From assembly GCA_041483295.1 (NCBI GenBank), contig JBGPFL010000001.1, positions 1 through 39,672 of the forward strand: a stretch of DNA of 39,672 bases. Direction: 5' to 3'. Below the pieces are notes generated by a model, which searched no databases, had not been told where the DNA came from, and worked only from the letters and a program-made list of their open reading frames with translations. Both the position numbers and the translations under genes were made by a program. Below, piece after piece: positions 16,722 through 24,544 of this stretch (its first letter is position 1; each line of letters starts with the position of its first letter). The DNA is from Blastocatellia bacterium (GTDB lineage Bacteria > Acidobacteriota > Blastocatellia > UBA7656).

Positions 16722-19700
16722 CTATTTCTTCTTACTCTTCTTGTTGCTCACTTCGGGTTTTGGTTTCTCCTCCGGGGGCGGGAAGAATCTCTCAAACCCG
16801 TTCCTGGTCGGCCGCGGAGCTACTCCTGGAGGCACGCCTGGCGGCAGGAGGCGCGGCGCCTTCAATGCCGCTGCTGCGGGGGTAGTGGTCGAAGGACACG
16901 CGAACGTCTTCTGGCCGGGAGGAAGGACTCTGAATATTCCCCATGCCCCATTGATGAATTCACCGCTCGCCGGATAACTCCTGTAGAGGTAATCCCCGGG
17001 AACGCTGAAACTGCCGCCAGCCTTGTCGATCAGAATATCGAAGTGATTGCCCGGCCCAAAACCATCGCGCGATCCCATCCATTGCGATAGAGGATTGAGG
17101 CCCAATCGCGCGCTGGCAGTAAACTGCGGGCAGGTCTCCGGATTATCACAACTGTCGACATAGGGCTCCTCTTGCCAGACGTGGCCGTGAATTGTCCAGA
17201 CGCTATCCGGGAATCCGCCCTTTCCGTCCGGGTGCAGCATACGGAACCTGACAGGTTTCCCCGCTTCGGCCGAGAAGATCGGCGTGTACGGATCACCCTT
17301 GCACTGGCCGGCAGGGGAAGTGCCGCTAAAGGCCAGTTGATTCAGATTGGAGAAACTCGTCGACAGGTCGACCATACTGTAGGAAGTCGTATTGAACCGC
17401 GGCGTGCCGTTGGGCTGGCTATTGTTATAGTTCATCGGTTCCGTACCGTAATTGACTGAAGCGAACCCACTCTTGAGGTTGCTCTGCAGGATCGTAGCGA
17501 ATTCGCGGAACGAGTTGCCGCCGTCATAGCTCACATCGACAGCCGCATCCGGAATTGGCGTTCCCGGAGCGGGGCCGCTGCAATTTGAGCTGTTTGCAGC
17601 GCTGCACCACCTCGAGGCTGGAGGTTCGATGATCAGTGCTCCGATGAGAGACCACGATGGTTGGTTGACAGGATCGGATGCCATCAAGTTGGCCGCGCCC
17701 AGCTCTGCCGGCGATCTCGTCACCGAACCATCCTGGTTGATCGTCACGTTGCCAGCGTACCACTTGTACGTAACCGAATTCGAGCAACCGGTCGTGCCCT
17801 TTGGACAGGCCGTATTCACCGGATTGAACCCGGTGTTGGCGCCGTTGCTCTGGGTGACATCAAACGAGGCGAGTTGAGGATGCAACCCGATCCATTGAGA
17901 CGGGCTGGTGTTGCCGACACCCTTGCCTGACAGCAGAGCCGGGTTGAGGTTGTTAAACAGAGTGACTTGTATGCACTCTCCGGCAGCCGCTCGTAGTATC
18001 AGTGGCGTTGTCGGAGGAAGCGGACCTTGTGGATTGCCACTCTGGTTCGACAATACATAGGCGACGGCGGAACCGGAGCTGCTGCCATTCGTCAGCGCCG
18101 TGGAGTTGCGGGTGTTGTAAGTTATCGTCAAGGGCGTGGTATCGGTCGGTAATCCCTTCTGAGTATTTATCGCTGCAACATAGTAAGTCCGCGGCGTCGC
18201 GCCTGCCGGGCAGGTCTGATCGGTGGTGATGACGGGTGCCTTCAGCGGATCGTTGTTCGGCAGCTCTTGCAGATCGCTGATCAACTGTCCTGCTCCGGCT
18301 ACGTTGTATGCTCGCAATATGCCCCAGATACCGTTGGTTTGAAGGTCCCTGGTGCCCTGCCCTGCAACATACTGATAGTCGCCGAAGAAGGTTCCCTGCG
18401 GAATCTGCTTGGCCGGAGGGGGAGCACTGAAGTAACCGGTCGTATCCGTCTTCTGACTGTAAGGAACTGTAAACAGCATCTCGAAGTGCTCCGAGATCCC
18501 CATTACCTGGTTATCGCGCCACCCCGAGGTGCTGTTGGACGGCTCAAAAAGCCACTTGATACCCTGCATCCCAAAGCTATGTTGAAAGAGGTGCGCGCCT
18601 ACCAACAAGCGGACCTGCACTTTGTCATTCTGGTACGCGCGAAGAAGCGGAGTGTAGGGATCGTAGCCCGTAGCGCCGGCGAACCCCCCAGGATAGACGA
18701 ACGGGCTACCCTGCGGGCAACCAGATTGGCTCGGCGGACATACTGGCTGACCAAGCGCAGGCTGGGCGTTTATGTTTGGTTGATTAACGCTACCGGCGGT
18801 CGTAGCGCGCTGAATCGAGCTGAACGCAAAGGACATGTCCGTTGCAAGCGTGTTCGGCCCCTGTGAGGTCACCCGTTGCATAAAACTGCTGGACGAGCTC
18901 CCAATCGGCTCGTTTCGATAATTCACGGCCGCTGTGCCAACACCCTGGTTGTTAGAGATGAGAGCCGGAGTCGGTTGTGATGGTGTGCTCGTCGTCCCCG
19001 TGCAACCCGCGCCAATCAGGTTGCCACCGTTATTGCTGCAATCAACCCATCCCCAAGGCGTCTGCAGCGTGGTTATGAAACGGGGAGCGTTCTGAGGATA
19101 GGGCGTTATCTTGGCAGCGCTGGTGTTCTTGTATGCGAGCGCGAGATCCTGAAGCATCAACGCGAATTCGCGATAACTGTCAGCCTGATTCGGCGACTTG
19201 ATAATAGCCTGCCAGCTCGTGGGGCCTCCGTCCACACGGTTGCCCAATGGGCTTCCATCAACGGCGTTTAACCAACCGGATCGTTCCGGCTCGACCAACA
19301 GACCAGCATATAGCCCCGCCTGTTGATGAGTAGACGGGCCGAAATGGTCGTGAGTGAATACGCTTCGCAGAGTGCGATCGTCCTTTTGCCTGCCGAAACA
19401 ACCCTCGGCGCCATTAGGACAGCCTTCTAAAGGATCTGGATACCAGCGTTGTATGGTGGTTTGAGCGCCGAACCAGTCATCGTGGCACTTATTCGACCCT
19501 GAAGTACCGCATATGAGTGACGGCGGCGGTTGAGGGTCTCGCAGAGGCGGACAGGTCGGACAGGATCTCCAGGAACCGTTTCTGATCGCGAAAATCCGGT
19601 TGCGAACTTCGTCCGGGCTTAATGTGCCATCCTCGTAATTAAAACCGTTGGATGCCCCGTCCGAAGCCAGGACATCGAACTTTACGAGGTGAATATGCTG

Positions 19701-22700
19701 GCCGAGGATATCGGTCGGAGTTCGCACCTGAAAATTATCCAACTCGTAATAGTCGGGGACCAGGTTTGTGTGCCAGAACTCGATGATATCCTCTTTACTA
19801 TTCGCTCGGAAGAGAAACGGCTCCACCTGCTTCAGGTTGTTCATTGTCGGCATCACATCTTGCCAGAGCAATTCAAACCGTTGCTGCGGGTAATGGGACC
19901 CGACTTTACTGAAAGCTACGTCTTTCTCCACGACAGCCGCCTTGTAGCGCCGGATATTGGTACCCACAGGTATCGACTGACTATACTTCCCGTCTTCTAC
20001 CGCGGGATCGGCATAGGGCGCCCCCAACTGCGACCCGTACTGATTCTCTGCGTGAAATCCTTGACTCGGTTTCCTGGGCAAGCCGTTAGTCAAGAAAAAG
20101 CACGGTTGACCCGGAGGAACCTGGGTACAATCCACTCCCTTCGGCGTGATGGTCCCCTGTATCCTCCCCCCCATATACCGCATCGCGACGAGTTCGGTCT
20201 GCGTCCCTCCCTCGGGAAGCTGGAGAGCTAGGAGAGCACCCTTCCTGGTGGTCCTGTCGTAGGTGTCTTTCGTGAAATCCCAGTGAGTGTGGCGCTCGAT
20301 CACCACGTCGCCGTTCAAGACCAGGTGTCTGGGCAAGCCCCCATCATAGTAGACCTTATTGGCGTAGGAATCCGTTTCATAGGCGAAATCCAGCGGCGGA
20401 TGCGGGGCCCGATGGCCGGCTATTCCCGGAATAAAGAAAGGAAAGCCTGGGTTCAAATTCTTTGCTATGTCATCTTTGTTTACTACGGCGGCATATCCCA
20501 CCACCGGTTCTGGTTTTCTTACGCACTGATCGCCTACAAAGGAATCTATCCTCCAGTCGCTGTAGACCGGACAGATCTGGATCTTGGCTGGATCAGGTGC
20601 CATTGCAATGGTTGGAATCGGCACGATAGCCGGAATGGGTGTGCCCGCCGATATTTCGCCATCCGGCAGGACTCGATTGAAACCCGGCTGCGGTGTGAGA
20701 CCGTCACTCTGCAATGCCGTTCCCTCTTCGAAAACATCGTGGACTCGCCACAATGCCCACATGCCGGCGGCAAAGTGCGGATAGAAATGGCAGTGGAAGA
20801 TGGAATCTCCCGCGGTCTTATTGCGGTTCCCGCTACCGTCGTAGACCATCTCAAGAGTGAAGGCAGCGCCGGGACTGATCATCTGGCTGTCGAGATAACT
20901 GCTGTTCGTATTGTCCGGTGTATGCAGCCACTGATGCGCGTGCTGGTGATGCACGTGGCTTATCCCGCCACCTGCATTCAGTATCTGAAATTTCATGTGG
21001 TCGTTCAGGTAGCTGTGGTAAACATTAGACGGATCGTCCGGATAAAATGCCACCTGTGCTTTGGCCCCTGGCTGCGGTTCGTTCGGCCATACCGGGTTCT
21101 TGCCAGTTGTTTGTACACAAGCGAGCTGTTTAATCACATCTGATGGTACCTCTTGATTAGGTTTGTCCGGCTGAAAGTACAGGTTCACGGCAACGCCGCT
21201 GTTGTGGGCAGTAGCGGTCGAACAGTCGGCCGCGCGCAAGACGCTTACAGTGCCGATCTGGTTCCCGCTCACCCCAACGTATTGGATGAATTCGTCGTCG
21301 ATTCTTACGATGCCGCTTGAAGGGAACCCAACGCTGCTCTGAATCATGATCGGGGTGACACTGCTGGAGGTGATATTTTGAGAGAGGCCTGTTTGAGCTC
21401 TGATGGGAGTGTTAGCCGGTCTATCAACCGCCATGGCGGGGTCCCCAGAAGACCACGCGGTTAGGAAAAACTCCTCGAACTTGCATTCGACGCAGTTAGT
21501 CATCGGGCCGACCTTGATTCGATTCGCAAGGATTTCGGAACCAATTCCTCCCGTCCCATAGTTGATTGAGAATCCATCCACGCCTGCGGACATGACTGAG
21601 GAGAGGTTAGCCACGAACAGGTTCACCGTCACCTTCGCATTGTGAGCCGCGCTCGTGGACCCGTCCACTCCACGTTGAACCACGGCAGTCCCGAGGCTCG
21701 CACTGTTCTTCCCTTCGTACCAGATGTATTCGCTATCGATGAATAGGGTGCCGGCTAAAGGGAATGCCGCCGTGTTGCTAACCGGAATCGGAGTGGTGCT
21801 CGTCTGGCTGATACTTGCGGTCAAGGTAGTCGAGGTCTGCTGTGGCGGAGCATAGTACTCGCGGAACGCCTGCACGGCTGTCGGCACCTCATGATAGATC
21901 ACCGTCACTTCGCGCCATGGCTGCGTGCGATCAGGCGAAGCGGATACGGGAACGAATTGCGGAGGCGGATTCTTCGGATCTACCTTGAACACATCGGCAT
22001 TCGGCCCGGTGATAATGGCGGTCAGATCGGTGTGATAGAGCTGAAGTCTCGGATCCTTGAACGGGTCAGCCTTGCATCTCCCATTTCCCTTCTCATCGTA
22101 CTCGATGCGCTGTACGTCAACCATCTTGAGAATTGGGGCGCCGCACGAACGATTGGGCTGCTTGGGATCATATTGGCCATCCGTGGGATAGCGGGCACTG
22201 TAGTTTACTTTCCTCCTGCCGGACTGAATGGTGGAGGCGCGCATCAAATCATCGCGGGTAACCTGACTGCGGTAGTACTCTGCGGTTGCAGGTTGCACGT
22301 TCACCGCTCCGAACATTCCAGTTGAAATTTGGCCGGCATCACCAGGCCCGGTACTGCCGAGAGGAGCGCCCTGGCTGTAGAGCAAGAACGTTCCGACCTC
22401 GGCGCCATAGAGCAAGTACGTCTTGGTCTTGCCAATGTCGACGAGAGATCCTCTTTCTGTGAACAGGTTCACCAACTGGCCGCTTGGATGCGCCGCGGGA
22501 GTGGATCCCTGGACGCCGCGCGTGATGCCAGTAAACTGACTACCGCTTAATGCTGTGTATTGAATGTACTCCTCGTCGATTCTGATTACCCCGCCGGTTG
22601 TCGGGAACCCGGCGATATTTGACACCGCGATCGGACTGGTACTGGTAGCGTTGATGCCCGCGGTCAATCCAGGGGGCTGCGGCGGTGGTTGAGGCTGAGC

Positions 22701-23258
22701 CGTCATACCGTTGGTGCCGACCCAGGACCCGTCGTCCTCCGGGCCCTTGGCCCACTGCATTCCGTTTGCGTGCAGGGAGACTTCTCTTGTCAGCGGCGAC
22801 AGCGCCTGAAATCTTGCATCGGGAGTCAGAAGGTTGATCAGGTTCACCTGCAAACATTGCCCTTTGTTCACCCGTAACACGATCGGCCGGGGACGCTTAT
22901 CGGACCGCAGCCTTACCTTTCCCGGTTGCATGGCGGTGCTGGAGTCCGTTGAGATGACGTCTTGCCGAAGCGCAAAGACCGTACCCTGCGGGTAGGCCGC
23001 CCCGAGGCGGTTAAGCATGAATGGCTGATCAAGCGCCACGACATCACTGACGACGGTGTTCGTATTGTCACATTTCGGAGAAGCGGCTTGAACGGAGGCA
23101 GCTTCTTGAGCGGCTGGAAAAGAGCCAGCTCCGGGAGGAGAACCCGGAATCGCGCCGCGTAGACTCGTCGTTTGGGCATGTGCCGCGACGACGAGAATGA
23201 GAACAACCAACCCAGAACCGAACCACATCAGCCTGTGAATACGCTTGCGAGTTTTCAT
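16722..23258 (-). CDS. giant secreted multicopper-oxidase-like protein (2178 aa; MnxG/MofA-class size)
   Basis: Sec-type signal (MKTRKRIHRLMWFGSGLVVLILVVAAHA/QT) and an SD GGGAGAGG 7 nt upstream. An L3-like HVHHQHAH lies at nt 20922-20957. A canonical L4 HCHFYPHFAAGMW lies at nt 20757-20795; I verified this by reverse translation. Paralogous downstream units carry GQHIHLVKFDV (19674-19703), FTHDHFGPSTHQQAGL (19311-19358), GLHPQLASFDV and TIHGHVW (17163-17195). Confidence 0.9.
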   Translation of the reverse strand: MKTRKRIHRLMWFGSGLVVLILVVAAHAQTTSLRGAIPGSPPGAGSFPAAQEAASVQAASPKCDNTNTVVSDVVALDQPFMLNRLGAAYPQGTVFALRQDVISTDSSTAMQPGKVRLRSDKRPRPIVLRVNKGQCLQVNLINLLTPDARFQALSPLTREVSLHANGMQWAKGPEDDGSWVGTNGMTAQPQPPPQPPGLTAGINATSTSPIAVSNIAGFPTTGGVIRIDEEYIQYTALSGSQFTGITRGVQGSTPAAHPSGQLVNLFTERGSLVDIGKTKTYLLYGAEVGTFLLYSQGAPLGSTGPGDAGQISTGMFGAVNVQPATAEYYRSQVTRDDLMRASTIQSGRRKVNYSARYPTDGQYDPKQPNRSCGAPILKMVDVQRIEYDEKGNGRCKADPFKDPRLQLYHTDLTAIITGPNADVFKVDPKNPPPQFVPVSASPDRTQPWREVTVIYHEVPTAVQAFREYYAPPQQTSTTLTASISQTSTTPIPVSNTAAFPLAGTLFIDSEYIWYEGKNSASLGTAVVQRGVDGSTSAAHNAKVTVNLFVANLSSVMSAGVDGFSINYGTGGIGSEILANRIKVGPMTNCVECKFEEFFLTAWSSGDPAMAVDRPANTPIRAQTGLSQNITSSSVTPIMIQSSVGFPSSGIVRIDDEFIQYVGVSGNQIGTVSVLRAADCSTATAHNSGVAVNLYFQPDKPNQEVPSDVIKQLACVQTTGKNPVWPNEPQPGAKAQVAFYPDDPSNVYHSYLNDHMKFQILNAGGGISHVHHQHAHQWLHTPDNTNSSYLDSQMISPGAAFTLEMVYDGSGNRNKTAGDSIFHCHFYPHFAAGMWALWRVHDVFEEGTALQSDGLTPQPGFNRVLPDGEISAGTPIPAIVPIPTIAMAPDPAKIQICPVYSDWRIDSFVGDQCVRKPEPVVGYAAVVNKDDIAKNLNPGFPFFIPGIAGHRAPHPPLDFAYETDSYANKVYYDGGLPRHLVLNGDVVIERHTHWDFTKDTYDRTTRKGALLALQLPEGGTQTELVAMRYMGGRIQGTITPKGVDCTQVPPGQPCFFLTNGLPRKPSQGFHAENQYGSQLGAPYADPAVEDGKYSQSIPVGTNIRRYKAAVVEKDVAFSKVGSHYPQQRFELLWQDVMPTMNNLKQVEPFLFRANSKEDIIEFWHTNLVPDYYELDNFQVRTPTDILGQHIHLVKFDVLASDGASNGFNYEDGTLSPDEVRNRIFAIRNGSWRSCPTCPPLRDPQPPPSLICGTSGSNKCHDDWFGAQTTIQRWYPDPLEGCPNGAEGCFGRQKDDRTLRSVFTHDHFGPSTHQQAGLYAGLLVEPERSGWLNAVDGSPLGNRVDGGPTSWQAIIKSPNQADSYREFALMLQDLALAYKNTSAAKITPYPQNAPRFITTLQTPWGWVDCSNNGGNLIGAGCTGTTSTPSQPTPALISNNQGVGTAAVNYRNEPIGSSSSSFMQRVTSQGPNTLATDMSFAFSSIQRATTAGSVNQPNINAQPALGQPVCPPSQSGCPQGSPFVYPGGFAGATGYDPYTPLLRAYQNDKVQVRLLVGAHLFQHSFGMQGIKWLFEPSNSTSGWRDNQVMGISEHFEMLFTVPYSQKTDTTGYFSAPPPAKQIPQGTFFGDYQYVAGQGTRDLQTNGIWGILRAYNVAGAGQLISDLQELPNNDPLKAPVITTDQTCPAGATPRTYYVAAINTQKGLPTDTTPLTITYNTRNSTALTNGSSSGSAVAYVLSNQSGNPQGPLPPTTPLILRAAAGECIQVTLFNNLNPALLSGKGVGNTSPSQWIGLHPQLASFDVTQSNGANTGFNPVNTACPKGTTGCSNSVTYKWYAGNVTINQDGSVTRSPAELGAANLMASDPVNQPSWSLIGALIIEPPASRWCSAANSSNCSGPAPGTPIPDAAVDVSYDGGNSFREFATILQSNLKSGFASVNYGTEPMNYNNSQPNGTPRFNTTSYSMVDLSTSFSNLNQLAFSGTSPAGQCKGDPYTPIFSAEAGKPVRFRMLHPDGKGGFPDSVWTIHGHVWQEEPYVDSCDNPETCPQFTASARLGLNPLSQWMGSRDGFGPGNHFDILIDKAGGSFSVPGDYLYRSYPASGEFINGAWGIFRVLPPGQKTFACPSTTTPAAAALKAPRLLPPGVPPGVAPRPTRNGFERFFPPPEEKPKPEVSNKKSKKK

Positions 23259-23614
23259 AAGCCTACCTCTCCCGGTCTTCTCAAGGACGGATCTCTTTTG
23301 GCCCCTGTCTCCCTGCTGGTTAACAACACTGGCGACACTTTGAGCTTGCCGCGATTGCGGTCAGACCCTCTTTGACATCAATAAGACGCTTGAGGAGCTG
23401 CCGTGGTGAAAATCTTTCGAATTCCGGCAATCTCCACGGCATTCTTTGTTACTACCCTTGCCTCCGACAGCCACGTTGATTACAATCGCCGCGCCTCTGT
23501 TCGCGGGATTGCGTTTGCGCGACCGTTGGGCAAACTGGCGACGCGATGCCTTCACATCAAAGAGCAACCAACATGTTTCTCTCTCTACGAGAGAACGCGC
23601 CCGAGTAATGGACG

Positions 23615-24517
23615 ATGACGTTTGAACACGGAACAAAGATCGAAATCGATCAGGAGCTTTTGGGAAAGCACGCGCGCAACTACAATTGCTCTCTTTTGAA
23701 ATACCGCGATCGCATTCTGTTTGCATACAGGCAGGACATTGGTCCAAGTCCCACCTCGAGGATATGCCTGTGTCTGTTGAATGATGAATTTCAGCCGCTA
23801 CCCGGCACACATAGGGTTCTAACGCCGAAAATTTGCGACTTACCGCTCCAGAGAATCAACGATCCGCGCCTGTTTATCTGCGGAGGGCTCGTCTATTGTA
23901 CCTACACCGCGGTTTACACAGACAAAACCGGTAACGGCCTCAGCACTCGTAACGGCCTCAGCACCCTGGATCCATATACGCTTTCACCCATTTCCGACTG
24001 CTTGGTTAGTTGGACGGGTTGCCGTAGGAAAGAGAAGAATTGGCAGTTCTTCGATTTTGAAGGCCAGATGTACTGCGTCTATTCCATAACGCCGCACGTT
24101 GTTCTGCGAGTCGGCGCCGACGGTGTCTGCCATCTTGCGGGATCCAGCGAACCCGAGATCCACTGGAAATGGGGAGAGATGCGCGGAGGCACCCCGCCCA
24201 TCCTGGTTAGAGACCGATACTATTCCTTCTTTCATAGTTCTTTTCAAGACCGGGCATTGTTACGCTACGTTATGGGTTGCTATTCTTTCGAAGCCAAGCC
24301 ACCATTCAAGATTACGTCTGTGTCGAGAGTTCCCTTACTCCGTCCGGGCATCAAAGACCGGCCGTCGACGTGTCATCCAGAGCTTGCCGTAGTCTACCCC
24401 TGCGGAAGCTGGCTTCTTGGAAGCCATTGGCTTGTGTCATACGGCTATCACGATTCTTTCTGCCGAATAATCGGACTGCACCACGACAGGATCCTAAGCA
24501 ACATGGCAGAGATTTAA
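23615..24517 (+). CDS. GH130/DUF377-like beta-propeller protein (glycoside phosphorylase/hydrolase-like)
   Basis: EKNWQFFDFEGQMYCVYSITP parallels the DKNxxLFPxxxxGKYxxxxRP block of GH130-type propellers as I recall it. Repeated strand motifs are present. Weak call. Confidence 0.45.
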   Translation: MTFEHGTKIEIDQELLGKHARNYNCSLLKYRDRILFAYRQDIGPSPTSRICLCLLNDEFQPLPGTHRVLTPKICDLPLQRINDPRLFICGGLVYCTYTAVYTDKTGNGLSTRNGLSTLDPYTLSPISDCLVSWTGCRRKEKNWQFFDFEGQMYCVYSITPHVVLRVGADGVCHLAGSSEPEIHWKWGEMRGGTPPILVRDRYYSFFHSSFQDRALLRYVMGCYSFEAKPPFKITSVSRVPLLRPGIKDRPSTCHPELAVVYPCGSWLLGSHWLVSYGYHDSFCRIIGLHHDRILSNMAEI

Positions 24518-24544
24518 TCAACACCCGAAAGGAGCAACCTGGTA

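Noticed and set aside
20283-21143. 286-aa plus-strand ORF inside the giant MCO gene (also 18267-18866, 19689-20231, 21891-22325)
   Set aside because: These are shadow ORFs opposite the copper-motif-bearing frame. They have no start context or recognisable domains.
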